A DNA stretch of 64,000 bases. It comes from Hyphochytrium catenoides (lineage: Eukaryota > Protista > Hyphochytriomycota). The DNA is taken from positions 1-64,000 of the forward strand of contig FLMG01000943.1 in NCBI GenBank assembly GCA_900088475.1, read 5' to 3'. The position numbers were made by a program, and so were the translations under genes. Positions 13,755 through 25,721 of the stretch are shown here, one piece after another; position 1 is the stretch's first letter; the number at the start of each line of letters is the position of its first letter. The notes under the pieces are model-generated. The model was not told the DNA's origin. It saw only the letters and a list, made by a program, of their open reading frames with translations, and searched no databases.

Positions 13755-13796
<42 letters not shown>

Positions 13797-14207
13797 TTTA
13801 CTCCTTCTTTCTGCCTGGTTCCTTGCTGCTCTCCCTCTTATGTTGACCTTTAGTCCGGGTCAATCACTGCATCAACATCTGAGATCTGGCTGTCCCACTG
13901 TCCTGAGCTTAAGCCCATGACGCTTCATCCTCTCTCTTTACTCCTGTTGTGAGGAGAGAGGAGGAGCATGATGGGTTAGGAGATGGCAGAGGTGGAGGCA
14001 GAAGAGGACGGCTGCAGAAGCCTCGAGATCAGCAGAGAGGATCTTGAAAGATGCTCGCAACCCAACAGGGGGTCCCAGCATCGGAGCTCGTTGTGAGGAT
14101 TTATAAGAAAGGAGATGGACGGCAGCAGAGTGTAAGCGAGAGTGACCGAGGGTTATAACGCACACGGGGTAGCCTGTCTTGGGTGCAGTGTGAAAGAGAG
14201 AGAGGGG

Positions 14208-14280
<73 letters not shown>

Positions 14281-14560
14281 CGAAAAGGACACTCCAGTAA
14301 CGAGAGACACCAAACAGACAGAGTACTGAAAGGCAAATAATAGAGGGCGCCACAGGGAGAGACCGCATAGAGAGACACCATGGAAGCAAGGATGTGAAGA
14401 TCATGAAAGAAGAGGTAAACGGACAGGGAACTTCTTTCAAACGGAGGCAAATGTACAAGCCACATCGGGGGAAGATGGCTGTCTGTTGGTGCAAGTGAGA
14501 GATAGTGAGAGAAAGAGAGAAGGAAAGAAGAGAGACGGACAGCAACACGGAGAGACCGTT
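13300..14560. repeat. (GA)n/(CT)n microsatellite field containing an assembly gap (13746-13754)
   Basis: GA tracts at ~13380-13470, ~14190-14280 and ~14500-14540; (CT)n at ~13700-13795. Confidence 0.95.
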
Positions 14561-14878
14561 GCAGACAAAAGAGACAAAGAACATGAGTAGCTGGACAAAC
14601 AGGAGAAATATTCCCGCACTGACTGGGCCTAACATGTTAGCCTTACTAGCGATATCTCTTGAGAAAATCCAAGTAATCTGCAAGGGGACAGCGCACAAAG
14701 ACACCAAGAAAGAACACGAAGACATGCAAAGTAGCTTTTAAGAGAAAAACTGTCGGGAGGGAGAGGGAAAAGAGGGAGCAATAACAAGGCAGAGTAGAAG
14801 ACCTTCATGCCTGGCGCGGAACAAGCAGGTTGAAGAGGAAAATGTGGAATCTGAGCCTTTGTCTTAGCGAGGCTACGC

Positions 14879-17800
14879 TTAGGGTGCTCGCACATAGGCA
14901 AAGATAAGCTCGTACGCCGTGTTGATAGCCTAAGGGAGGAGTCAGAGAGGCAAGAGCTGTGAGATAAGAGGGCTGAGCTAATCTCTCGCGGTCTCTCTCT
15001 GTTCCTTTTAAGTCAAGAAATAAGCCTTCCTTTGGCCTCAGGGTATCACTCTCTCATGCCACTATTATCTATGCCCCTCCGCCAATGATGGTAGCTGAAT
15101 CCGTCCATCGTATGCTCTCTACCTCGAATGGAGCTCCTCCATGGTCTACCGGTGCCTGCTTACAACGAAGACTTACCTTGAACATCTCCTCTACGTATAG
15201 CTTCTCATATTCTGTCTTGGCCATATTCTTGTCGGGGTGCCACTGCAAAGCGCACTTGTGGAAAGCGGCTTTAACAGCCTTCTTGCTTTTGGTCGTGCTC
15301 GGGCTAAGGCCTAGCTTTTCATAGTAGTAGGCAAAAGGAGGAGAAGAGGGGGAAGACTTGTCTCTTTTCGCTTCGTTGGCCTTGTTCTGAGCCTTCAGAG
15401 CTTCATACTTGGGCTTCCAGATCCTTTCGGCTTCCTCCTTCTGTCTCTGAGCCTCTTGTCTCTCATTCTCTTCACGCTGTCTTAGTTCCAGTGCCTCTTG
15501 GACTTTATCCTCTAAGGTCTCCAGCAGCTCCATCCTCTCCTCTTTTACCGCCTTGTTGATATCGGCTTGTAATATCTGTCGCTGCTTCTTCACTTTTTGT
15601 TCTAGCTCCTCCTGAAGCCTGGCCCTCAGGTCTTTCACAGTGGCCTCGAGCTCATCCTGACGAATAGCAAGACCAAGCTGAACTTCCCGTTCTAACTCCT
15701 CTAGCTTCTGTTTCCGAATATCCTTCACCCAATTCTTTCTCTCCGCTTTCTCTTTGTTGCGACGATGTTCCTCTTTGCATGCAGGTGCATGCTGGTTCCT
15801 GGTTTGCACAGAAGGGAAAGCCTTGCCACACGTCTCACAATGAAGTTTCGGACACCGATGTCGGTCTCGATCTGCTGTCTGAGAAAAACGGACCCCGCAA
15901 TGCGCGCATAAGGCGCGAGTACAGATGCTTTCATGATCACTCAAAAGCAAGGGGTCCTGGTCAGAGAAGCTCCGGCCGCACCACATGCACTGAGCAGACT
16001 GACAGGCGGCTTTGTGGTTTCTCATGCTTGCTATCGAGAGAAATTCGAACCCGCAGAAGGCGCACTCGGCTGCAGAGCATTGTTCAAAATGCAGATGCGC
16101 AGCCTGCCTGCTAGAAGTCCTCGTCTTGCAAAACAAACAATTGTAAGTCCCTGCCTTCTCCCTTCGCCACCTGCCTTCCTTAGGGCAGTTGTGCTCGAGC
16201 TTGTCAACCTGATTGATAAATCGCCTCCCACAGTCTTCACAGGTAGCATCGTGGCATCCTCTCTCATGTTGTTGCTTCTCTTCACGAGTCTTTGCTCGAA
16301 ACGCCTTACAGAAGTAGCACGGGGCCCGGGGACAGTTGTACTCCAAGTGGCACCCCAGCTCCATCTTACATGTGAACCGCTTACCACACTCGAGAGGGCA
16401 TTTGCTCTTCACGCAGCATTTCAGGTGCTTGTCTTTACTTGGATGGACTGCCAACTTCGCTCCGCAGAATTCGCAGAAGCCAAACTTACAGCTTTGTTGG
16501 TGCTCTTTGAGGCTCTTAACGTCCGTTGCCTTGAGAAGGCAGAAGGGACAGCGGGCATGTGTACACTTTGCGATATGGCCATCTCGCTGTTTGACCGTTG
16601 AGAAAGAGGTGCGGCAAAAGCAGCACGTGGGCTTGCAGGTAGCTCTATGACTATCTCTTTCCAATCGAGAGGTAAAGACGCCATTGCAGAGGTTGCACAG
16701 TCTACATTTCGAGCAGGTACATGGCTTGGGCTTCGGTCTCTGAGGAGTTGCTGGTTGTCTACTGGCTTGAGCAGCGGATGGCTCTCCAGGACTGCTAGCT
16801 GGTGAAGCAAAACTAGGAGCAGGAGGAGGAGTGGCCTGCTGGAAGCGGCTTTGGGTTCTGTCTGCTTGCTGCGGATTTGTTTGAGGAGTTTTTGGTGGTA
16901 CGCCCACTTGCGGAGGGCTACTCTGGGGCTCCGTTGTCGAGCGACCTGGAGCAGGGCGAGGAGAAGGTGCTGATTTGCCCTCTTCCTCTCTCTTCCTCTT
17001 CTTTGCATTTTCCTTGCATTTTGCTTGATGGATATTCTTCTCCTGTGGACTTTGGAAGGTAAGACCACAGCACTGGCGCCTAGGACAGTCCATCATGTGT
17101 GAGGAGAGCCGTGCAAGAGACGTGAACCCTTGCTTACAATAGCCACAAGAGCGGGAGGGACAGAATTCGAGGTGAGCTGTTCTGTCCTTCTGCGCAAGAG
17201 CTGTTAGATCTGCTTGGCAGAAGCTACAATGTCGGCTTTTGCATGTAGCCATGTGGCAGTCCTTCAAGATCTTACTTTCAAATAGAAGGGGGCAGTAGTC
17301 ACACTTCCGTGCTTTGCATCCGACGACGTGGTTCTCCTTTTCCTTCTTGCTGGGAAGACAAACCTTGCAGAAGGGACACTGCAGCTTGGGGCAGCTCCGT
17401 CTCAAATGCTCGTCTTTCTCTTTCCTGGTGTTGAAAGTGGCACCGCAGAAGTTGTCACATTGCCGGCGAGCACAGCGGGCATGGTGCGCCGCTTTCGTCT
17501 CTTTCTGCAGCTCATTGAAGGTCTTTTCACAGAACTCACACATTGCAGGACTTGGTGTACTAGCCCCCTGTTTCGGAAGCGCTGGTGAGGAAGCATCCAC
17601 AGACTGATTGTCTCTGTCCGTCTCGTTGGCTGCAGCGGAATTAGGGACTGTTGAAGAGCTTGTTCCCGGTGGGCTTTGCGTTGGAGCTTGCCGGTTGCTG
17701 CATCCTTTCTGGTGGTCCTCGAGCTCGTCTACGGCAGAATAGCGCGTTTTGCAATTCCTGCATTGGTTCTTAGAGCAGACAGATTNNNNNNNNNNNNNNN

Positions 17801-19097
17801 NNNNNNNNNNNNNNNNNNNNNNNNNNNNNNNNNNNNNNNNNCGTTTCGCGCAGGAAAGAACGTGGGCATCGCACTGGTCTTTATGGCCAACAGGGAAGTG
17901 AGTGTTGCAGAATGTGCAGTCCGAGCCAGGGCAAACGTTAGCTCTGTGCAGGTTGATAGCTCCTATGGAGGAAAACCTCTCCCCACAGTCGTTACACCGA
18001 AGATATGGACAGGACTTGCAGTGGTCTTCTTTTGACGCTCGAGAAGAGTAGGGGCAGACACAGAGGGGGCAACGGGCTTCCTTGCAGTGTCTTAGGTGCT
18101 GGTTCTTGCCTTGTACAGAAAGAAAGGAGCTAAGGCAGAACTCGCAGGATCTATCTTTGGCACAGGCGCGAACATGCTGCTCTCTCTCCTCTCTCGAGTG
18201 GAACTTTTTCCCGCAGGGCTGACATACTCCTCCTTCAACGCACTCCTTCATATGAGCTTCCTTTTCCAGTCTACTAGTCGCCCTAAAGCTGCAAGAGTGG
18301 CATGCGCGCTCTGAACAAGAAGGAATGTGGTTGAGCATTTGCTCTCGATTCTCCACTTTGACATGGCAAAAGTCACAGAACCGCCAGTGGCAGTAGGGCC
18401 TGTGAAGGTCCCGGGCCATAGCGCTGACGAAGTCTGTTGAGAGGCAGAAAGGACACACAGGCTTTAGGCAGAGCTTTTTGTGCTCTAGTGAGGCCTCAGC
18501 CGTCGCGAAGTCATCCTTCCCACAGTTACGGCACCACCAGTTTGGGCAACGAGATCCGTTGTGGAGCTTCCATTCAGTCACACTCACGAAGCCTTTGGCA
18601 CATAAAGGGCAGGAGCTGGGAAAGCTAGGACCGGGAGACCCTTGAGGGTTACCTTGCAGTACAGAGTTAACATAGAGGAAAAGTCAGGAGGAGGCGGGTG
18701 GCATGATACCAGGTTTGAAAGAATGAGGTATCCCAATGGAGTGCGAAGGATGGACTAACAGCACATTATCTTAGAGGGTCAAGAAAGGAAGAGTCACAGA
18801 CTCTTTTGCCGTCAGTACCGCTATTGATGTGACGATGACATAACAAGGAAAGCTAGATATCATGCAGTCGTGTTTAATACGAAGAGTGTCTTAGGTCTGG
18901 TAGAAGGGAAGCAGAAAATTGAAATGGAGAGACGTGAAGTTACCGGTGTTAGATCTGATGTTTGGCTGAGATTCTCCAAGACCGCGGACGGCATCTTTAG
19001 CACATTGGACGGTGTGCTCATCCCTCTCGGCTTTGGAGTCAAACAAAACTCTGCAGATGCGGCAGCGCACCCTCCTACCTCTTTTTGGCATGGTCAT
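14879..19097 (-). CDS. J-domain (DnaJ) protein with ~32 tandem C-x2-C-x12-H-x3-C zinc fingers (exons 19097-18944, 18652-15177, 14929-14879)
   Basis: The repeated C2HC motif runs through the long ORF and the upstream exon (CRICRVLFDSKAERDEHTVQC). A coiled coil precedes the C-terminal J domain YYEKLGL...KAAFHKCALQWHPDKN...FK|AINTAYELI, completed by a GT-AG intron. There is an N-gap at 17786-17841. Confidence 0.9.
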
Positions 19098-20299
19098 TCT
19101 GTCAGACGTTCGACCCTGAGCCCCTGTCAGCTTAGGGCTGGAACTCTTGCGCGTTGATCCTTTATTCAGCCAGGTAGCGGTGTGGAACTCCAAAAGCCCA
19201 CGTAGACGTCGCGGGACCTCACCTCTCGCACCTGACTCTTTCCTATCCGCTTGTACACCACTTCTGCTTTCCGTCACGCCAGTGTTGGGGAGAAAAATAA
19301 TGCCTATGAGAGATTGAGACCGAGCCTTGCACTCGGCACGCAGTAGGCAGACTGAGTCCTATCGAACCGGTTAGCGGGGAAACAGATCCAGCGCTAGCTT
19401 TCCCTTGGAGTGCTGACCCTACGGCGGCGGTAGAGCAGTCCAGACTCTACAGCGGCAGAGCTCTATCAGGTCGCCCAAGGTTCTGATGGGTGAGTCTTGG
19501 CAGGGTCACCTTCACAGAATATTCGCGTAAAGGTACACTACGGTTATAGCACTGCATTATGCTACGGCCAAGTGCTCTCGCGCCAAATGACTGAGATAAT
19601 ATCCTATCCTAAGAATCCTGGGTCCTGTAATCGTCGCTTCATAGTATCAACCACTGTTGGGAGCATCTGAAATTCAAAACTCAAACCCTCAGAATTGGCG
19701 CCAAAGATCTAGTATATTATGTAATCCAAGCAGTAAAATACCCCTTTATCCATTATTTTGATGGAATCCGTTCTGAATAGGAGACACACAGACAGGAACG
19801 TTTGAGCATTCTGATGGACTGACCAGCCCTGGACACTCTGCTGCCTCTGGGATGGGCGAGATGGACAGTCAGTAAGATGAAGAGTTCCCTGAAGAGGGGG
19901 ATATGGGACAGCTCATGATGGGACTACTGCAGAGTCTGGAGGTCAGGACCCACTTCTTTGGGTCTGACGACCGGTGTGACAGCACTGGGATGGCCTCAAT
20001 AACTGGTTAAATGAAGATTGAGCGACAGGGACACAAGGTTGACTGCGGGAGTGAAGGAAGGTAGCGTAGGTACATCGTTTGACTTTCCTTCTATGGATAA
20101 AGGTCAGCGCAAGGAGATGGTGCTTTCGGGGAAGGCAACCCAGGACAGTCCTACGTGAGTAGAGGCGGGTTGGCTTCCTCTGGACTCGAGCAATGACAGA
20201 GAGGAAGACTTCTTTTACCTATAGAGTAGGATAACCTGAATGGGAAGGACCACAAGCTCATGAGTGAAATGGAAAACTCTTCACCGTCCGTAGGTGAGG

Positions 20300-21900
20300 A
20301 CCACGCTAGCAATAGCTGCCCTTCGTACTAGGGTTTTATTAATGCTGCTGTTGCGGAGGGACGTTTCGATGAAGCTTGTCCAGATCAATGGTCCAGATCA
20401 CGGGGATTTATTAAGGAAGGTCGTTAATTGCATAGCTTTCGCCTTGTCTTTTCATTCAAGGATTTATCCTTCTTCCTTTGCTTCTGTGCGTGCCCCAAGT
20501 TATTGACTCGAGGCGCAGAAGTCCTAGCCTAATGGAATGTCGTCATTGGGTAATCTATGGGGCGATGTTGTCTGCAACCTGCCTGACCGCCTCGATCTGC
20601 TATTCTATCCATGGAGTGAAGGAGAGGATGAAAGTGGTGATCTTTCATTGGCAGTTGATACGCCTATTAGCTCCTCTTCTGGAGCTGAGGCAGTCACCAG
20701 GCAATCGTGATCTGATTACATATTTGACTGCCTGACTGCTGACCACTACTATAAGACATCACCTCTCTTATCAACAATCAGAAGGGGCTTCTCGGAAAAT
20801 ATATCAACATACTGAGATTCTTGAGGATTGAACTCCGTCGGAGGGTTGGAGCTGTTAGCCGTTCTCCGTCTTGGTGTGCATATTCACCTTCACAGCGTCA
20901 CCAGGTAGCAGAAGCTATAGCGATTCGAGTCATAAACTCTTCTGTGCAGCTCCAAGCATTTATGATACTTGCTGTCGGTCGTGGTCTAGGCCAGTGGCCC
21001 ATCGATTTTGAAAGGTGCTGCTGCTGGTTGGCAACCTGTGATCAGTGTGACAAAGCGTGCCATGGATTGCCAGATCCTTGTCGTACCAATTTCATATAGA
21101 CACTTGGCTGCCTATCATCGCTCGCCCCTTGTCATTGGCCGAATACAGCGCTTCCACTGCCAGCGGACTAAGATATCTAGCTATAGAAAGATGTAATGAG
21201 CGCAGAGCGAGTAGATCAGATAAGCTCGGCATTCTTCTTGGCTTCTCTTCGCGTAGGTGACTGGGTGAGCACTCTGTGCCTTCATCTATTGGACTTCAGA
21301 GATACTGACCGACCCTTCTTAAAGACAGTGCGAGGGAAGCAACGGAAAACCTGCTCAGTTCAACAGATTTCATCAGCCCTACTAATTATTGAGCTCCTAG
21401 AAGATTCAGGAAGGCCTTCTTTGATGTTGGGGTTGTGAGTTAACAGTATGATGGATGATGATCAGGGAGCGCCATCTACAGATGCGAAAGAGAACTAGCA
21501 GTAGCGTCTGCGTCGCGAAATAAAGAAGGGATAGCACCACCATAATATATATGGAGCCTCAAAAAGTGCCACAGGTCAGAGGGATGAGCTAATTGAAGTT
21601 GGATCAGAGGTAGACTGACAAGAGAGGAGACATCTACTAACCATTGTTTTATGCCGCTCCGGCTAAAAGAGTAAGAGAGGTGGTACCGTCGTACCATGTG
21701 CCGGGCCTCCTCCTTCGTAAATGGTTATCCGAGGCCAGGCACTGATGATGGAGCTACTAACTGGGAAGAATAAAAAGGTGTTTGTGGCTAGTATTGTAGG
21801 GCTTTCATCGCTCACAATGCGTATTTGCACCTCATCGTTGGTTATTCTCACCAGGAGGTCAGGCTGACCATCATCACTCGCTTTCGCAGAAGAGTATTAG
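20300..21900 (-). pseudogene. Decayed coding relic, possibly a degenerate retroelement
   Basis: One minus-strand frame reads protein-like for several hundred nt between sparse stops (NWYDKDLAIHGTLCHTDHR...MLGAAQKSL*LESL*LLLPGDAVKV). Identity not established. Confidence 0.25.
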
Positions 21901-23299
21901 GTATGCCGTATCAATGGATAGAGTTTTGGAACTGCCAGTGCTGACAAGCAGAAATCCTCGTCCTATCATAGATGATGCTGGTCAGTGCCAGAGGCACCCT
22001 TAGCCACACACCTCATGGGGCAAAGAAGAAGGAGTAACGATGGCGGCGGGAAATCAAGAAGGAAACGACAAAATCTTTGGGTTTATACATCACGCTGGTG
22101 GCCATTCTATTGTTGGAGTGTGTCCTCCTTGGCTCCCAACTACTGCTTCTTTGTCCCGATCATTTTATTTGAGTTACTGCTTCTACTCCAGCAGCAGTAC
22201 CACCATTCAGTATGTTATCTTGTTGTCGCTAGCATTCATTATCCTTGAAGCGGTATCTTCTGGTGGGCAGAGGGAATAAATTGCGTGATGATGTCCTCAT
22301 GTTTTAGAGCTGTGTCAGAGAGAGTTTTTTATCCTCACAAAAACAGAGCTAACACATGCGGAAGGTGATTGAGCAACTCCGTTCTCTCTTTTGGATGAAG
22401 AGCCTACTATAGACCAAGCCTGCACGAGTCGCAACTCAAAGGCGAGAGAGCAGGAGAGCAGAGCAAAGTGTCGCGGTTTATTTGTTGCTTGCTAAGAACT
22501 CTTTCTTGCTATACACAGATAGTCACGAACCCTAGTACTAGCAACGGGTGTGGACGGGGCTGATTTTCTTGAGGCAGCACACAATAATGCACAAGCAGCA
22601 AATACGTATCAAGGGAAGGACAGCTATCATGGTTCAGCCATAACAAGCCGAGCGCAGCTGCATCGTGAATCAAGAATTGCACGGCGTACAACGGCTCTGC
22701 CCTGTCATAAGCCCTCATTCTCTAACACCCTTTCTTTTGATCTTCGTTGAAGGGAGACCTCACCTGAACCGAGAAGCCCTACAGTATAGCTCAGAGAAAC
22801 GGGGAACCTCTTGACGATGCTTGTAGGGGCGGCAAAATGAGACTATTAGAAGTCAGTCAACAGTAGGGAGCATGGTAGGGATCTTACTTTATAGGAGCGA
22901 TCTTTGTAACAGCTCGAGAAGATTTACTATATGCAGATGATGATGATGATGGACCCTCATCCGCAGGTTCGTCTGTCCTTCCCAGCCAGGATGTGAAACT
23001 TGAAGAAGGAAGGATGGAATAAACATCAGCGCCCAGTACAGGGGCAGGTCGCAGGTCCAACATGTTCGCATCAGAGACAGTGCCGAGCAGGCGTACAAGT
23101 AGTCCTTTGCGAGGCGGTGTATCTTGTGTACATCCCACATACACACAGGTGAGCGATGGACCAAGAGAGCAAAAGAAAGTCCAAAGGATGGCACACTAGA
23201 ACGGGTCAAAGGTAGGGAGAAATGAAAGAGTGCTAGGGAGTAAAAACTATTAACAGTGCGAGAGGAAGTTTCTCCTTCCTATCTTAGGAGCATCTTGCC

Positions 23300-24020
23300 G
23301 TTGTACGGTTCGTTCCCACTGCCTTTGGCTCACTAACTACTGTCGTCTGAACTGTATCCATCATCATGACAAGAACACAGGCCCCGTAATGATCGCAAGA
23401 GGTAACCCTGTCATAGTCGACCATATTAGCTGAGCTGGTGGATGCTCCAGGAAAAAACAGCCAGACAGTACCGTTAGAAGAACATGAGTGACATTGGCTA
23501 GTGTGTTTTTCCCCTTTGTGATGCGATAGATAATCCTTGGGACATTCTCCCTCCAGCGTTGACAGCTGCGAAAAAGAGGCAACTGGCCACTTCGTAATAT
23601 ATAATAAGAATGCAGAAAGTAGCACTCTGTATTATAAAGGTAAGGTGAGGGATAACCAGGGGATAACAGAAAAAGAGTTTTGGATACACCGTTGTAAGAG
23701 CAACGCGCCCCATGAAGGGAGGAGGTCATGTCCAAGAAGATAATGGCAGATAGTTCCTACTAGTTCTACTAGGAGAGTGTCATGGTAGACACAACTACCG
23801 CCAGATAGCAGAAAGTGAGGTGTGGCAGCTGCACAGAGGATCTGCTGCGGATCTGCACAGAATAATGATGCTGGTAGCTTTGAAGAAGGTAGGTAAGGTA
23901 CGAAGCGCGAGAACCGGATGATTTTATCCCTTGGCCATGACCAGCGCCAAGGTTCTCTGCGACGAACTCATGATGGCATGATCTTTCTGACCCGCCATCA
24001 TGGCCGTCCGCCCCACTTTC
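23300..24020 (-). pseudogene. Frameshifted CUB-domain-like relic
   Basis: CSYNGVSKTLFLLSPGYPSPYLYNTECYF matches the CUB opening SP.YP..Y..N..C. The adjacent frame continues VASFSQLSTLEGECPKDYLS (F..F.LE...C..DYL). A weaker second unit lies upstream (SCHHEFVAENLG...GIKSSG...Y). Confidence 0.4.
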
Positions 24021-25721
24021 AAGGTTGTCAGACCACCACACAGACATTCTAAACGTAAACCACGCTACCTCCAGTCGTAGTTGTTGTACTGTACTACAAA
24101 GATGATGTTGAGTTAAAAGACAGAAGTCGTTAGTTGTATGTGTGGCGGTCATGAGGGTACAAAATACATGATCTCCAGAACATTAACCGCCGCTCGTGCT
24201 TCAAAGATCTTAGATCTGACTAACGTGATCTTATTCTTTCACATGTTTGCATGAAAGAAACAATAAAGTCTAACCATCGAATGTCCAATAAACACGTCAC
24301 AGGTCTGAAGACTTCAAGAGCCGGAATGTTTTCTCCTACCTTCACGTCAGGCTCACGACACTTTTATGAGGAATAACCAGCTACTGCATTCTCGATCCGG
24401 ATTGTCCTGGGTGGGTTTATTCCATTTGCAGCACATTCTTGGACACTTTAACACCTGTTCGCTCCTCTATTTCCTTGAAGATGGATACCACGCATACCTC
24501 TATCATTTCTTCCCATAGTTAAGATCCTGCTGTATACCATTCTGACTCTCTTTCCCCTGCCATCGTTGCATCCTTGTTTCACCTCTCTCTCCATCACTTT
24601 CTTCGATTTTCTTCTCTCCGCTTAGGAACGGACAAGAGAGCCAGAACAGCTGAGGAAGAAATTTGAACAAAGGAGTGCATCAGGCAAACGAGGAAGGTCC
24701 TTCCCCCTTATCTTCATCGCCTTTCTATGTGTACAAAGCGCCAGGCACAGTGACAGAAGCTCCAACAGCCACACAGAAGACAGGCCCGCCATCGCTGCTG
24801 ATGAAGACCATCAAAGAGTGATCAAAGGGAAAATGCCCTTCCTGTCCTTGCCTGGCCGCCCTGGAGGTCCAGCTTTAGATCGTGCCGACCGGAACGTCCA
24901 ACCACACAGTGAGCCAAGGTGAACACAAAGCGGAATAACCTGGGGCAGGATAAAAGGGGCAAGAGGAAAGGGAAGAAGGAGTCAGAAGATACAACTCCAG
25001 ATAGAGGCCCAAAAAAGTTGATAGTGGGACATTGCCGAAGAATATAAGCGGGAGAGTAAGGAGACCCTATGTGGCGGAAGGCATCATGGCGGGAGAGAGC
25101 CCAAGGAGTTTATGGCTGTCTCTCCTCGGGCTGCTCGTACCTGGCGCGGTACACGGACTTCCCACCTTCCGCGGCCTCTTTCCGCCCTTTCTTCAGGGAC
25201 AATGCTACCCAACATGGTGGGAAGATCGTATGGGGGCAAATCTATGAAGGAGGGGAAAGAATAAGAGCGGATGCAAGGGGGCGGCACTGCTGGGCTTGTA
25301 AAGTGGTCAAGCTCACAATAGAGAAAGCTAAAACATGGAGTAATAAAGGAGATCTGGAGAAATGACAAGGAAGGACTGAGGGAAGGGCGAGCGGAGATGA
25401 AGACATAACGATCTTCTTTTCTCCTCCTCCCTTGTGGCGGGCGAACACATTGATCGGTGATACTGGAGGCTTCAGTCCTCTTGAGAAGGGCAACATGACT
25501 TTCTCTCTCCGTCCTTTCTTCCTTTTTCGCTGCAGAGGATGCTCAGTGTTCGTCCTCGCCACCTTCGCCCAGAACTCTGAGTGTCATTCTCAAAGTTCCC
25601 TCTTGGTCGCAAGCAGCCTCCAACTTACCAACCTCCCGCACACCCACCGCGAGAGATAGCCTACCACCGACTACATAGCTTTCTAAATAGTTGTTTTCAA
25701 AAGACTTTTATCAGCAGCATC

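Noticed and set aside
13290-14901. ORFs spanning GA/CT tracts
   Set aside because: Low-complexity artefacts.
15069-15176. C-terminus VSLRCKQAPV... of the 1172-aa ORF
   Set aside because: Read-through of an intron (AAG|gtaagt); the real J-domain end is the exon at 14929-14879.
15779-17068. Long alternative-frame and antisense ORFs within the zinc-finger gene
   Set aside because: Shadow ORFs with no recognisable motifs.
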